A DNA stretch of 64,000 nucleotides from Terriglobia bacterium (GCA_965206645.1 CBDBKE010000004.1:1792001-1856000), one strand, 5' to 3'; shown: positions 1-10,741, counted from the stretch's first letter. Notes: generated by a model not told the origin, from the letters alone. Numbers and translations are program-made.

Positions 1-2
1 GG

Positions 3-1853
3 CGAGTGGACCCCTCGATGCCCTATCAGCTCCACCTTGGAGCCGGCCGCAGCATCCATCTGTTCTTTTACGACGGCCCCATCTCGCGTGGCGTCGCTTT
101 TGAAAATCTACTGATCCAGGGTGAGCACCTGGCCCACCGGCTCACGGAGGGTTTTGATGAGTCACGTTCCGGACCGCAACTCGTGCACATCGCGACGGAC
201 GGGGAAACCTACGGCCATCACCACCGGCACGGCGAAATGGCGCTTTCCTATGCCCTGGAATACATCGAATCCAATAATCTGGCAAAAAGCACCAATTACG
301 GCGAGTACCTAGAGCGGCACCCACCCACCCACGAAGTGGAAATCTTCGAGAACAGCTCCTGGAGCTGCTCTCATGGGGTTGAACGCTGGCGAAGCAGCTG
401 CGGCTGTGACTCGGGGACGCACTCCGGCTGGCACCAGCGGTGGCGAGGCCCGTTGCGCGAGGCGCTCGACTGGTTGCGGGATGCGCTGGCTCCCTTCTAT
501 GACCAACAGGCCGGGAAGCTCCTGCGAGATCCCTGGGCGGCCCGCAATGATTACATCGAGGTGATTCTGGATCGCTCCCCAGAGTCGGTGGAGCGGTTCT
601 TCGAACGGCATGCGATCCGGGCGATGTCGGAGGAAGAACAGGTCGAAGCTCTCAAGCTCCTGGAACTCGAGCGTCAGGCGATGCTGATGTATACCAGTTG
701 CGGCTGGTTCTTCGATGATCTGTCCGGCTTGGAGACCGTGCAGGTGCTGCAATACGCCGGACGCGCCCTGCAACTGGCCGGCGATCTGTCGGATGAGCCG
801 TTGGAAGCGCGGTTTCTGGATCTGCTGGAGCGAGCCAAGAGCAATCTGAACGAGCACCGCGACGGCCGCCGCATCTACGAAAAGTGGGTGAAGCCGTCCC
901 TGGTGGACTTGCACAAGGTGGGCGCTCACTATGCCGTCAGTTCGATGTTCGAAAGTCCCGACAAGGCAGCGCAAACGTATTGTTACGACATCGACCGGGA
1001 GGACCTCCGTCTGCAGACTGCAGGAAAAGCGAAATTTGCCCTAGGCCGTGCCAAACTCGTCTCCCGGATCACGCGAGAGTCCGCCCGAATGACCTTCGGA
1101 GTTCTGCATCTGGGCGACCACAATGTGCGGGCCCAGATGCGGCAGTTCCGGGGAGAGCAGGCCTACCAGGAGCTGGCCAAAGAAGTCACTGAAGCCTTCG
1201 AGGCCGGAGATTCCCCTGAGCTGCTCCGCATCGTGGGAAAACACTTCGAATCGAGCGCACACACGCTGAAACTGCTCTTTCGCGACGAGCAGCGCAAGAT
1301 TCTGCAGCTGATCCTGGAGTCGGTGCTGGCCGAGACCGAGACCGCCTACCGCCGGATCTACCAGGACCACACCGCCTTGATGCGCTTCCTGACATCGCTG
1401 GGGATGCCCCAGCCGCACCGCTTCGAAATCGCCGCCGAGTTCACTCTCAACGCGGACCTGCGCCAAGCCATGGAGTCCGACAGCCTAGACCGGGAGCGCA
1501 TTTACGCGCTGTTGGACGAGGCCACCAATGCCGGAGTCGAGCTAGACGAAGCCACCCTGGAGTTTGCCCTCCGCCGCAAGATTGAGCGACTGACGAGTCG
1601 GTTCCGCGAACAACCCGCCGATCTGAACCACCTGCAAGCACTAGACCTGGCGGTGGAGCTGGCCGGCTCGATGCCGTTTGAAGTCAACCTTTGGACAACC
1701 CAGAACAACTACTACGAGACGATGCAGAACCTCTACCCGGATTTTCTCGCCAAGGGCGACCACGGGGATGAAACGGCACAGGCTTGGGTGAACCAGTTCC
1801 GGGCACTGGGGGAAAAGCTTCGGGTCCGGGTGGACGCAGGAACCAACGGATGA
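3..1853 (+). CDS. Glycoside hydrolase family 57 / DUF3536 domain protein (5' partial)
   Basis: GH57 motifs FFYDGPISRGVAF, ATDGETYGHH, SSWSCSHGVERW, MYTSCGWFFDD; frame is open at the window start; stop overlaps the treY start (ATGA). Confidence 0.88.
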   Translation, partial: RVDPSMPYQLHLGAGRSIHLFFYDGPISRGVAFENLLIQGEHLAHRLTEGFDESRSGPQLVHIATDGETYGHHHRHGEMALSYALEYIESNNLAKSTNYGEYLERHPPTHEVEIFENSSWSCSHGVERWRSSCGCDSGTHSGWHQRWRGPLREALDWLRDALAPFYDQQAGKLLRDPWAARNDYIEVILDRSPESVERFFERHAIRAMSEEEQVEALKLLELERQAMLMYTSCGWFFDDLSGLETVQVLQYAGRALQLAGDLSDEPLEARFLDLLERAKSNLNEHRDGRRIYEKWVKPSLVDLHKVGAHYAVSSMFESPDKAAQTYCYDIDREDLRLQTAGKAKFALGRAKLVSRITRESARMTFGVLHLGDHNVRAQMRQFRGEQAYQELAKEVTEAFEAGDSPELLRIVGKHFESSAHTLKLLFRDEQRKILQLILESVLAETETAYRRIYQDHTALMRFLTSLGMPQPHRFEIAAEFTLNADLRQAMESDSLDRERIYALLDEATNAGVELDEATLEFALRRKIERLTSRFREQPADLNHLQALDLAVELAGSMPFEVNLWTTQNNYYETMQNLYPDFLAKGDHGDETAQAWVNQFRALGEKLRVRVDAGTNG

Positions 1854-4777
1854 CGCCTCGGCGCGTGCCGGTTGCGACCTACCGGGTTCAGTTCAGCCGC
1901 AGCTTCCGTTTCACTCACGCCCGCGATCTGGTGCCCTACCTGCATGAATTGGGGATCACCGACCTGTATGCTTCGCCTTGCCTGCGGTCGCGCAGGGGCA
2001 GCCCGCACGGCTACGACGTGGTCGACCCGCTGGGGCTCAACTCCGAGCTTGGAACGGAAGATGAATTCGATCAGTTGGTCCAGCAGCTCCAACATCACGA
2101 CATGGGTTTGCTGCTGGACATTGTCCCCAACCACATGGCCGCCAGCGCGGAAAACCCCTGGTGGATGGATGTGCTGGAGAATGGCCCCAGCTCTCCCTAT
2201 GCCTCTTACTTCGACATTGACTGGCACCCGCCCACCACCAAGGCGTCCTTCTTGCAGAAAAACAAGATCCTGTTGCCGGTGTTGGGCGACACCTACAGCA
2301 CAGTTCTGGAAAATCAGCAACTGTCCCTGGAGCTTGACCGAAACGGCTTTTTCATTCGCTATTTCGAGACGCGCCTGCCTCTCGAGCCGAAATCCTATCG
2401 GCTCATTCTTGAGCACTGCCTGGGGAGCATGCGCCAATCGGCCGCCCGCAGCGCGCCGAGCGCTCAGGAGTTATCTGCCATTGCGGACGCCGCAGGGCGA
2501 CTGCCCAACTACACAACCCAAATCCCCGAGGAGATCGAAGCAAGGCGGCGCGGCAAAGAACAAATCCAGCAGCGGCTGGGGAGGCTGTATCTACTCGATC
2601 TGGCCGATCTGGCCGATCTGGAATTCCGCGAATGCCTGGATGAAACGCTGCGCTTTTTTAATGGAACCGCGGGAGAGCCAAAGAGCTTCGATCCCCTGGA
2701 TCAGCTCCTGGCCGGCCAACCGTATCGGTTGGCGCATTGGAAAATTGCTGCTGAAGAGATCAACTATCGTCGCTTCTTCGATATCAACGACCTAGTCAGC
2801 TTGCAGGTCGCTGACCCCAGGGTATTCCGTGCCACCCACGCCAGGATCTTTCAACTCGTTAAAGAAAGGAAAGTGACCGGATTGCGGGTGGATCACATTG
2901 ACGGGCTGTACGACCCCCTGGCTTATCTTCACCGGCTCCAAGACGCGGCGGCCGCATCGCTCGAGGAAGGCAAAGGGCGTCCCTTCCACGTGGTTGTGGA
3001 GAAGATCCTGGGCGGCGACGAAGTCCTCCCGGAGGAATGGCCCATCAGCGGCACGATCGGCTATGACTATCTCCATCCGTTGAATGGCGTGTTCCTCAAT
3101 GCGCCGGGCTTACAGGCGCTGGAGGCCACCTACGCCCAATTTACGGGAACCCAGGAGCCGTTCGCCGACATTTGCTACCAGCGGAAAAAGCAGGTGATGG
3201 AACAGCTCTTTCAGGGGGAGATCTCCACACTAACGCACGAACTCGGGAAACTGGCAGCGCAGGTTCGCAACGCGCGAGACCTGCCGTTATCGGAACTCTC
3301 GCAGGCGCTGGTGGAAACCACGGCCTGCCTGCCCGTCTACAGAACCTACATCCGCGACGTCCGGGTACGCCCTAGCGACCGCGTTTACATCGAGCGCACC
3401 CTGAAGGCGGCGCGTCAGCGAACTCCGCCGGATCAGGTCAGCCCTTCCGCCTTTGCCTTCCTCCAGCAAGTGCTTCTGCTCCATCCTCCCGACTACCTGA
3501 AAAACCAGAAAGAGGAGTGGTTGCGTTTCGTGATGCGCTGGCAACAGTTCACCGGGCCGGTGATGGGCAAGGGTCTGGAAGACACTGCCTTTTACGTCCA
3601 CAACAGCCTGATTTCCCTCAACGAGGTGGGCGGCGATCCACTCCGGCAGAATCTGCCGCTGGACACCGATGCGTTCCACCGGTTCAACAAGCAGCGTCAG
3701 ACCGACTGGCCACACACGCTGAACGCCACTTCCACTCATGACACCAAGCGCAGCGAAGACGTACGAGCCCGAATCAGCGTCCTGGCGGAGCTGTCCGAGG
3801 AGTGGGCGAGCTGTTTGCAGCGATGGCGGCGGTGGAACCAGGCAAAGAAACAGAAAATGGACGACTGCTTGGTGCCGGTGCCCAGCGAAGAGGTCCTGCT
3901 CTATCAGACGATGTTGGGCACCTGGCAGACGATGCTGGGTGCCTGGCCAGGGGAGCAGGATGAACTGCCGTCGCTAAGAGATCGGCTGCAAGCCTACATG
4001 CTCAAGGCGGCACGCGAAGCCAAGCAGCACACCAGTTGGATCCGCACCAACGCGGCACACGAGCAGGCACTCAGCCATTTTGTTGGAGCTATCCTGGAAG
4101 AGTCGGGCGCCAACCGCTTCCTCCGCGACTTCACCAACTTCCAGAAGAAAATCGCCCATTACGGCGCGCTCAACAGCCTGTCGGCGCTTCTGCTGAAAAT
4201 CGCCTCGCCCGGCTTGCCCGACCTCTACCAGGGCACCGAGCTATGGAACTTCACCTTGGTGGACCCGGACAACCGACGCCCGGTGGACTTTCTGAAACGG
4301 GCGCACATGCTGGATGAGCTTGAGCGACAGGCGGCGTCCGGCCCTGCTTCGGTGGCGCGAGACCTGCTGGCTCACTGGCCGGACGGCTGCATCAAGCTCT
4401 ACCTCACCTGGAAGGCGCTGAACTTCCGCCGCGCCCACCGGGAGGTGTTCAGCGAGGGGGCCTATCTCCCACTGGAGAGCACCGGCAAGCGCAAGGAAAA
4501 CCTCTGCGCCTTCGCCCGCCGCCGGGGCCAGAGCTGGGCCGTTGTGGCAGTGCCCCGGATGGTCACGCGGCTGGTGGAAGAGGGCAAATTTCCACTCGGG
4601 CAGCCGATTTGGGGGGCAGAGAGCCTCCGCCTGCCCGGTGACGCGCCTCGCCGTTGGGTCAACGTCCTAACCGGAGAGCCGATAGATGCCGCCTCCGCGA
4701 GAAAGCAAAACCTTCTCCGCCTCCACAGCGTGTTTCGCAGTTTCCCGGTTGCGTTGCTGGCAGTCCGTCCCGCTTGA
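1850..4777 (+). CDS. treY: Malto-oligosyltrehalose synthase
   Basis: PVATYRVQF, GSPHGYDVVD, DIVPNHM, INYRRFFDIN, GLRVDHIDGLYDP, STHDTKRSEDVRAR, LVDPDNRRPVDF; ATG 1850 coupled to the upstream stop. Confidence 0.95.
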   Translation: MTPRRVPVATYRVQFSRSFRFTHARDLVPYLHELGITDLYASPCLRSRRGSPHGYDVVDPLGLNSELGTEDEFDQLVQQLQHHDMGLLLDIVPNHMAASAENPWWMDVLENGPSSPYASYFDIDWHPPTTKASFLQKNKILLPVLGDTYSTVLENQQLSLELDRNGFFIRYFETRLPLEPKSYRLILEHCLGSMRQSAARSAPSAQELSAIADAAGRLPNYTTQIPEEIEARRRGKEQIQQRLGRLYLLDLADLADLEFRECLDETLRFFNGTAGEPKSFDPLDQLLAGQPYRLAHWKIAAEEINYRRFFDINDLVSLQVADPRVFRATHARIFQLVKERKVTGLRVDHIDGLYDPLAYLHRLQDAAAASLEEGKGRPFHVVVEKILGGDEVLPEEWPISGTIGYDYLHPLNGVFLNAPGLQALEATYAQFTGTQEPFADICYQRKKQVMEQLFQGEISTLTHELGKLAAQVRNARDLPLSELSQALVETTACLPVYRTYIRDVRVRPSDRVYIERTLKAARQRTPPDQVSPSAFAFLQQVLLLHPPDYLKNQKEEWLRFVMRWQQFTGPVMGKGLEDTAFYVHNSLISLNEVGGDPLRQNLPLDTDAFHRFNKQRQTDWPHTLNATSTHDTKRSEDVRARISVLAELSEEWASCLQRWRRWNQAKKQKMDDCLVPVPSEEVLLYQTMLGTWQTMLGAWPGEQDELPSLRDRLQAYMLKAAREAKQHTSWIRTNAAHEQALSHFVGAILEESGANRFLRDFTNFQKKIAHYGALNSLSALLLKIASPGLPDLYQGTELWNFTLVDPDNRRPVDFLKRAHMLDELERQAASGPASVARDLLAHWPDGCIKLYLTWKALNFRRAHREVFSEGAYLPLESTGKRKENLCAFARRRGQSWAVVAVPRMVTRLVEEGKFPLGQPIWGAESLRLPGDAPRRWVNVLTGEPIDAASARKQNLLRLHSVFRSFPVALLAVRPA

Positions 4778-4807
4778 GCAGGCGCTGAGCAGGGGCTGAG
4801 CAGGTGA
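4775..4807. repeat. Three 11-bp tandem units (TGAGCAGGnnn) starting at the treY stop codon
   Basis: tgagcaggcgc tgagcaggggc tgagcaggtga read directly. Confidence 0.8.
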
Positions 4808-4833
4808 AGCCCCAGTGTGGCCGAAGTCTGTCT

Positions 4834-5295
4834 CTACGGCGACGGAGCGTGCCGTTCACGGCCCAGAAGCAGGGCGTCTTCCATGGGCGCTCGGTAGTAG
4901 GCGCGGCGGCGCCCGAGGACGGTAAAACCGTGCTGCCGGTAGAAGACGAGGGCGGGCTGGTTCGACTCACGCACCTCCAACCAAATCTTGCGCGCGCCCG
5001 CGGCCGCCAAGCGGCGTAAGGCTTCTGCCAGCAGCTCGGTGCCCAGTCCTAGCCGGCGCTGTTCCGGCAGCACGGCTATGTTCAGCAGCTCAGCTTCCTC
5101 GGCCACGGTGCACGCCACCAACAGGCCGGCCAGGGTTCCGGGCGGCTGCTCGACTATCAGGCAAACGCGCTCCGGCCCAGCGTCTGCAGCCAATCGTTCG
5201 TAGTCATCGGCCGGCCAGTCGACCGCACCTGGGCAGGCCCTGACTAGCTCGGCCGCCCGCTTCCCTTCCCCAGGTCGCAACAGACGGATCATCAT
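4834..5295 (-). CDS. rimI: Ribosomal protein S18 alanine N-acetyltransferase (GNAT)
   Basis: EAELLNIAV, QRRLGLG, IWLEVRESN, FYRQHGF, GRRRAYY, EDALL; follows tsaB; start reassigned to ATG 5295. Confidence 0.9.
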   Translation of the reverse strand: MMIRLLRPGEGKRAAELVRACPGAVDWPADDYERLAADAGPERVCLIVEQPPGTLAGLLVACTVAEEAELLNIAVLPEQRRLGLGTELLAEALRRLAAAGARKIWLEVRESNQPALVFYRQHGFTVLGRRRAYYRAPMEDALLLGRERHAPSP

Positions 5296-5350
5296 CGCAA
5301 GCTCAGAAAGAATGCGCTGCGTGACCACTCGCTCAGGCGTGGGGCTCGGT

Positions 5351-6100
5351 TCACGACTTTTTTCGAGAACGGGAGCGGAAGATTTCGGCGTCGGCCCGGC
5401 GAAGGTAGTTTGCGTCGGCAGCCTCCGCTGTGAGTACCTGGCCGTTGCAATAGGCGGCATAGGCCAGGCGCGCCACTGCCCCCGCCAGCGTCCGCCCGGT
5501 CACCAGACGTGCACAGTGGGCCACGGCGCCCTGGCCGCTGCTGAATAAAGCGAACAAGCGCTCAACGTCCGGGCCACAAAAGGCGGCGTCGCTCGCTGGC
5601 AGCTTTAGACCGGCAAGCCACTCTTCCAGGGCTTCGGGCCGCGCCACCATCTCCTCCGCCAGCGAGCGCAAGGGGCCGGCGGGTTTCACCGGCTCGGTGC
5701 GTTCGTAGACGCCGGCGAAGAGTTCTCCTCGCCGGGCATCCAGCAGCGGAATCAGTACGCGTGGCCCCGGAGGCGCCAGCGCCGCCGTGGCCACCAGATT
5801 GGACACCGGCGCCACAGGCTTCCCTTCGACGGCTGCCAGGCCCTTGGCCGCAGTCAACCCCACCCGCACTCCGGTAAAGGAGCCCGGTCCGGCGGCAGCA
5901 GCAAACAAGTCCACCTCGGCCAGACCAACCCGGTGGCGCTCCAGCAGCGCGCGAATCTCTTGAAACACCACCTTAGAGAATGCTTGGCGCGACTGCACCT
6001 CGTGGCACTCCAGCAGCCGCGTGCCCCGCGAGAGCGCCAGGCTGCCGTGCTCGCTGGTGGTGTCGATGGCCAGCACCAGGATGGAAGACGGACTCTGCAC
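5351..6100 (-). CDS. tsaB: t6A37 threonylcarbamoyladenosine biosynthesis protein TsaB
   Basis: VLAIDTT, GPGSFTGVRVGLTAAKGLA, LDARRGE, C-terminal ANYLRRADAE. Confidence 0.93.
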   Translation of the reverse strand: MQSPSSILVLAIDTTSEHGSLALSRGTRLLECHEVQSRQAFSKVVFQEIRALLERHRVGLAEVDLFAAAAGPGSFTGVRVGLTAAKGLAAVEGKPVAPVSNLVATAALAPPGPRVLIPLLDARRGELFAGVYERTEPVKPAGPLRSLAEEMVARPEALEEWLAGLKLPASDAAFCGPDVERLFALFSSGQGAVAHCARLVTGRTLAGAVARLAYAAYCNGQVLTAEAADANYLRRADAEIFRSRSRKKS

Positions 6101-6285
6101 CGTCTTCCATCATAAACCGCCGAAGGGCGAATCCGGCTTCTGCCTGCGAAGCGCTGCTTGTTCAGTCTGCTGGGCGGGCGGTATGCTGAACTGTGATGAG
6201 TGAGGGAACAGTCACTCTGTTCTGCAAGAACTTTTTCTGCCAACCGCTGTCACGGAGGAAACGCGGGAGGGGCTGGAGTTGTGAA

Positions 6286-7485
6286 GTGCTGCATGTAACG
6301 CTAGCAATAGCACTGGCGGCCGTAGGTGCGTCAGCGCGTGTCCAGACGGGCATCGAAGTGCTGGCGGCACAGCAATTCGCACCGCTGGCGGGAAAGCGCG
6401 TCGGGCTCATCACCAACCACACCGGCCAAACGCCCGATGGCCGCCGAACCATTGACTTGTTACACCGTGCCCCAGGCGTACGCCTGAAGGCCATCTTTGC
6501 CCCCGAGCATGGCCTGCGCGGAACGCGCGAGGATCGAAACGTTGAGTCCGGCAGAGATCCGGCCACCGGTGTGCCCGTCTACAGCCTCTACCAGCGCGGC
6601 CGATACCGGCCCACCCCGGAGATGTTGTGCGGGCTGGACGCGCTAGTCTACGACATACAGGACATCGGCGCCCGCTTCTACACCTACATCACCACGCTCG
6701 GCTACATGCTGGAGGAAGCGGCCAGGGCGAAAATTTCCATCTACGTGCTGGACCGGCCCAATCCCATCAACGGTGTGGCGGTCGAAGGACCGATGCTAGA
6801 AGAAAAGTATTTCTCCTTCGTGGGCTACATGCCCATGCCCATCCGCCACGGCATGACCGTGGGCGAGTTGGCCCGCATGTTCAACGGCGAGAAGAAGCTG
6901 GGCGCCGAGGTGCACGTGATTCGGATGCGGGGCTGGCACCGCAGCCAGTGGATGGACGAAACCGGTCTGCCCTGGGTGAACCCCTCGCCCAACATCCGCA
7001 GCCTGACTCAGGCCATTCTCTATCCGGGCGTCTGCCTGCTGGAGTCCAAGCAGGTCTCGGTGGGACGCGGCACCGCCACGCCCTTCCAGCTGGTGGGCGC
7101 GCCGTGGTTCCAGGCGCGCCAGATGGCCGAGTACCTGAACGCGCGCCAAGTGGCAGGCGTGCGCTTCCGCGCTCGCCGATTTCGCCCCAACTCCAGCCTG
7201 TTCCGGGGCCAGCAGTGCGAGGGGGTCGAGGTGTTGCTGACCGACCGCAATGCGCTCAACGCGGTGGCGTTAGGGGTGGAGCTGCTGTCGGCGGTGGTGA
7301 AGTTCCATCCCGGCAAGTTCGATCTGGGCGGCATCATGCGCCTGCTGGGTAACGACGCGACCGCCGCCCGCATCCTTTCGCTTGTCAAACAGGCCGGCGA
7401 AGACCCCCGCCACATCGTCGAAAGCTGGCAGGCGGAGCTAAAGGCTTTCCGCAAACTGCGCTCCCGCTACCTGCTCTACGACTGA
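6286..7485 (+). CDS. Exo-beta-N-acetylmuramidase NamZ family (DUF1343), exported
   Basis: GKRVGLITNHTG, IFAPEHGLRG, YDIQDIGARFYTY, VLDRPNPING, RHGMTVGELA, WVNPSPNI; start uncertain (GTG 6286 follows GGAG). Confidence 0.88.
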   Translation: MLHVTLAIALAAVGASARVQTGIEVLAAQQFAPLAGKRVGLITNHTGQTPDGRRTIDLLHRAPGVRLKAIFAPEHGLRGTREDRNVESGRDPATGVPVYSLYQRGRYRPTPEMLCGLDALVYDIQDIGARFYTYITTLGYMLEEAARAKISIYVLDRPNPINGVAVEGPMLEEKYFSFVGYMPMPIRHGMTVGELARMFNGEKKLGAEVHVIRMRGWHRSQWMDETGLPWVNPSPNIRSLTQAILYPGVCLLESKQVSVGRGTATPFQLVGAPWFQARQMAEYLNARQVAGVRFRARRFRPNSSLFRGQQCEGVEVLLTDRNALNAVALGVELLSAVVKFHPGKFDLGGIMRLLGNDATAARILSLVKQAGEDPRHIVESWQAELKAFRKLRSRYLLYD

Positions 7486-7568
7486 ATTCCCAATCGGGAT
7501 CTTCGCTGCACGCTACACGCCGGGCCTGCCGTTGCGGAATGCTATAATCTGCGGAAGAGGAACTTTCG

Positions 7569-8654
7569 ATGAGCAAGGTCAATGACCAGCAGGTAATGCA
7601 GGCGCTCGGCAACGTGCTCGAGCCGGAGCGAGGGAAGGACATCGTCTCGCTCAACATGGTGCGGAACCTGGTGGTGCACGACGGCCTTGTGGCCCTGACG
7701 GTTCTAGTCAGCAACCCTAACTATCCGCACCAGGGGAAAATCGAACACAGCGTGCGCGCGGAGTTGATGAAGCTACCAGGCGTCATCGAAGTGCAGGTGA
7801 AATTCGCCGCCCCAGGACCGCAGGCCAACCCCGGAGGAGCAGATAAGGCGCCCATTCCCGGCGTGAAGAACCTCATTGCCGTTGCCTCCGGAAAGGGCGG
7901 AGTGGGCAAGACCACGGTAGCGGTGAACCTGGCGGTGGCTATGGCACGTCTGGGATCTCGCGTGGGCCTGATGGACGCCGACGTCTACGGACCCAATGTG
8001 CCGCTAATGATGGGTACCAGCGAAACGCCCCAGGCGCGGGGGGACCGGATTCTGCCGCTCAAGAGCTACGGCGTGCGGATGATGTCCATGGGCTTTCTTA
8101 ATCCGGGCGACCGCCCAGTGATCTGGCGCGGCCCGATGCTGCACAGCGTCATCCAGCAATTCATCCGCAACGTCGAGTGGGGCGAGCTGGACTACCTGGT
8201 GGTGGACCTGCCGCCGGGCACAGGGGACGTCCAGTTGACGCTGCTGCAGACGGTGCCCATCACCGGGGCGATCATCGTCACTACCCCTTCCGACGTGGCG
8301 CTGGAGGATGCGCGCAAGGCCATCGCCATGTTCCGCCAGGTGAAGGCGGAGGTGCTCGGAGTAGTAGAGAACATGAGCTACTTCGTCTGCCCGCACTGCG
8401 GCAACCAGGTGGACGTGTTCAGCCACGGGGGAGGCGAGCGCCTCGCTCAGCAGTTCGGCGTGCCGTTCCTGGGCCACGTGCCCCTCGATCCGGACATCCG
8501 GGTGGGCGGCGACACCGGTGCCCCTGTGGGGGCGCGCGGGCCGGACGCTCCGCAGGCCAAGGCGTTCTACGACCTAGCCCGAACCGCAGTAGAACGGATC
8601 CGCGAGGCCGGCTCCTCCGCGGGTCCCGAGCCAGTGGTGCGCATCCGCGACTAG
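7569..8654 (+). CDS. mrp: Mrp/ApbC/NBP35 Fe-S cluster carrier ATPase
   Basis: IAVASGKGGVGKTT, DADVYGPN, IWRGPM, VDLPPGTGD, ENMSYFVCPHC; TATAAT and GAGG upstream. Confidence 0.95.
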   Translation: MSKVNDQQVMQALGNVLEPERGKDIVSLNMVRNLVVHDGLVALTVLVSNPNYPHQGKIEHSVRAELMKLPGVIEVQVKFAAPGPQANPGGADKAPIPGVKNLIAVASGKGGVGKTTVAVNLAVAMARLGSRVGLMDADVYGPNVPLMMGTSETPQARGDRILPLKSYGVRMMSMGFLNPGDRPVIWRGPMLHSVIQQFIRNVEWGELDYLVVDLPPGTGDVQLTLLQTVPITGAIIVTTPSDVALEDARKAIAMFRQVKAEVLGVVENMSYFVCPHCGNQVDVFSHGGGERLAQQFGVPFLGHVPLDPDIRVGGDTGAPVGARGPDAPQAKAFYDLARTAVERIREAGSSAGPEPVVRIRD

Positions 8655-8673
8655 TAACGGGACCGTCTGCACC

Positions 8674-9696
8674 ATGATGCCTACGATTGTTCTGTTTGAG
8701 CCGATCCATGAGCACGGTCAGCAGCTGCTGGCGACTGCCGGCGAGCTAGTGGTCCCGGAGTCGCTGGACGAGGGCGCGCTGCTGCCGCTCATCGCTCGCG
8801 CCGATGCGATGGTATTGCGGGCCGTGGGAGCGGCCAGCCGACGCCTGATGGAAGCCGCCCCCCGGCTCAAGGTGGTGGGCCGGCATGGTATCGGGGTGGA
8901 CAATGTGGATGTAGCTGCCGCTACGGAGCTGGGCATCTGGGTGGTCAACACGCCGGACGCTCCCAGCGAATCGGTCGCTGAGCACTTCTTCCTGCTCGCG
9001 CTGGCCCTCTGCCGTCGGTTCCAACTGGCCGAGGGAAGCCTCCGGCGAGGCGATTGGAAGGCCCGCAGCCGCGCGACCGGCATCGAACTGGAAGGCAAGA
9101 CGGTGGGCTTTGTGGGCTTCGGGCGCATCGGCAGTTTGACCGCCCGCAAGTGCCACGCTGCTTTCAACACCCGTATCCTTTACAGCGACGTCGTGGCGGC
9201 TCCGCCTGAAGTGGAACGAGCTTGCGGCGCCCAGCGGGTGCCGCTGGAGCAGGTGCTGGCCCAATCCGACCTGGTCACGCTGCTGGTTCCGCTTACGCCG
9301 CAGACCCACCACTTGATCGGCGCCCAGGAAATCGCGCAGATGAAACCGACCGCCTACCTGATCAACCTGTGCCGCGGGCCGGTCTGGGACGAAGGCGCAG
9401 TGCTCCGCGCGCTGGTCGAGCGCCGCATCGCTGGCGCGGCCACCGACGTCTTTGAACAGGAGCCGCCCGGCCAGACGGGGCGGATGTTGCTGGCGCTCAC
9501 CAACTTTGTCGCCACCCCGCACATTGCCGGAGTCACGCAGGAGTCGCTGGTGCGCATGAGCAAGGTGGCCGAAGACATTGTGCGCATCCTGAAGGGCGAG
9601 CCGCCACGCTGGCCCGTCAACCGCCCACCCCACCCCCGCGACGCCGTAGTTCCTAGCACTCCGCGAAAAGATGGGAAGAAGAAAGGGAGGCGATGA
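8674..9696 (+). CDS. D-isomer-specific 2-hydroxyacid dehydrogenase (phosphoglycerate dehydrogenase-like)
   Basis: RHGIGVDNVD, GFVGFGRIG, INLCRG, DVFEQEP, TPHIAG. Confidence 0.9.
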   Translation: MMPTIVLFEPIHEHGQQLLATAGELVVPESLDEGALLPLIARADAMVLRAVGAASRRLMEAAPRLKVVGRHGIGVDNVDVAAATELGIWVVNTPDAPSESVAEHFFLLALALCRRFQLAEGSLRRGDWKARSRATGIELEGKTVGFVGFGRIGSLTARKCHAAFNTRILYSDVVAAPPEVERACGAQRVPLEQVLAQSDLVTLLVPLTPQTHHLIGAQEIAQMKPTAYLINLCRGPVWDEGAVLRALVERRIAGAATDVFEQEPPGQTGRMLLALTNFVATPHIAGVTQESLVRMSKVAEDIVRILKGEPPRWPVNRPPHPRDAVVPSTPRKDGKKKGRR

Positions 9697-9757
9697 GGAC
9701 ACACGGAGCAGGGCGCGCCCTATACGGGATCAGCATTTTGCAAACATCGTGAATTGC

Positions 9758-10741
9758 TCAGTTTTCATTTCCCACTTTTGAATTCCTCTGAACCCACTCC
9801 AGTGCGCCGTGCTGGGTGGCGGGGTCGTCGCCGAAGGCGGCCAGCCAGTGCACATCGCGCTCGCGGCGGAACCAGGTGATCTGGCGCTTGGCGTAGTGGC
9901 GGGTGCGGAGCTGGGTGCGCTGAATGGCCACCTCTACGGTCAGGCGGCTTTCCACGACCGCCAGCGCTTCCCGATAGCCGACCGACTCGAAGGGCTTGGC
10001 TGTGGCCGGCACGCCGCCGTTCAGCAGAGTGCGCACTTCAGCCACGATGCTTGCGTCACCCTGGCCGGTAAACATGCGTTCGGCGCGCTGGTCAATGCGC
10101 TCGTAGAGAAGCCGGCGCGGCGGGTTCAAGCCGAGTTTCAGCGTGCGAAACCCCTCCAGCCGCCCTTGCCCCTGCGTTTCCCGCTGCGTTTCTCGCCATA
10201 GGGCTGACATCGGCCGTCGCGCCTGCAGGCAGACCTCGATGGCGCGGATCAGCTTGGGCGTGTCGTGGGCATGGATGCGGGCGGCCGACTCCGGGTCCAG
10301 CCGCAGCAGCAGCCGGTGCAGGTAGCCGGCCTTGCGCGTTCGGGCGACCAGGCGAAGCCGGCGGCGCAGGCGCTCGTCGCTCACCGGCGAGGGGAACAGG
10401 CCCTCCAGCAAAGCGTGCAGGTAGAAGCCGGCGCCGCCCACCAGGATCGGCAGGTGCCCGCGGGCCCGAATCTGCTCCAGCACCGCGCGCGCCCGCCGGG
10501 CGTACTTGCCGGCGGTGCACACCTCATTCGGCTCCAGAATGTCGATCAGGTGATGCGGCACCCCGCGCCGCTCCACCGGCGCCAGCTTGGCCGTGCCCAC
10601 GTCAAAGTGACGGTAGAGCTGGAGGGAATCGCAGTTGACAATCTCGCCGTCCAGTTCCTCGGCGAGAAACAAGGCCAGTGCCGACTTGCCGGAGGCCGTC
10701 GGCCCAACGATCGACAGCAGAGGCGCCAGCAGGGGAAGCAA
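9758..10741 (-). CDS. miaA: tRNA dimethylallyltransferase
   Basis: IVGPTASGKS, NCDSLQLY, DVGTAK, VPHHLID, VGGAGFY, TRHYAKRQITWFR; start placed at TTG 10741 (uncertain). Confidence 0.93.
   Translation of the reverse strand: MLPLLAPLLSIVGPTASGKSALALFLAEELDGEIVNCDSLQLYRHFDVGTAKLAPVERRGVPHHLIDILEPNEVCTAGKYARRARAVLEQIRARGHLPILVGGAGFYLHALLEGLFPSPVSDERLRRRLRLVARTRKAGYLHRLLLRLDPESAARIHAHDTPKLIRAIEVCLQARRPMSALWRETQRETQGQGRLEGFRTLKLGLNPPRRLLYERIDQRAERMFTGQGDASIVAEVRTLLNGGVPATAKPFESVGYREALAVVESRLTVEVAIQRTQLRTRHYAKRQITWFRRERDVHWLAAFGDDPATQHGALEWVQRNSKVGNEN

Noticed and set aside
5320-5352. REP-like degenerate sequence between tsaB and rimI, and a GTGGGGCAGGCTTT half-site near 24625
   Set aside because: Single degenerate copies with no partner in the window; cannot be supported without a genome-wide count
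8746-9702. Long antisense or alternate-frame ORFs (e.g. 8746-9702, 20521-21912, 34100-35386, 41264-42199, 47532-48566)
   Set aside because: Shadow ORFs expected in high-GC DNA, overlapping well-supported genes, with Arg/Pro/Gly-rich composition and no motifs
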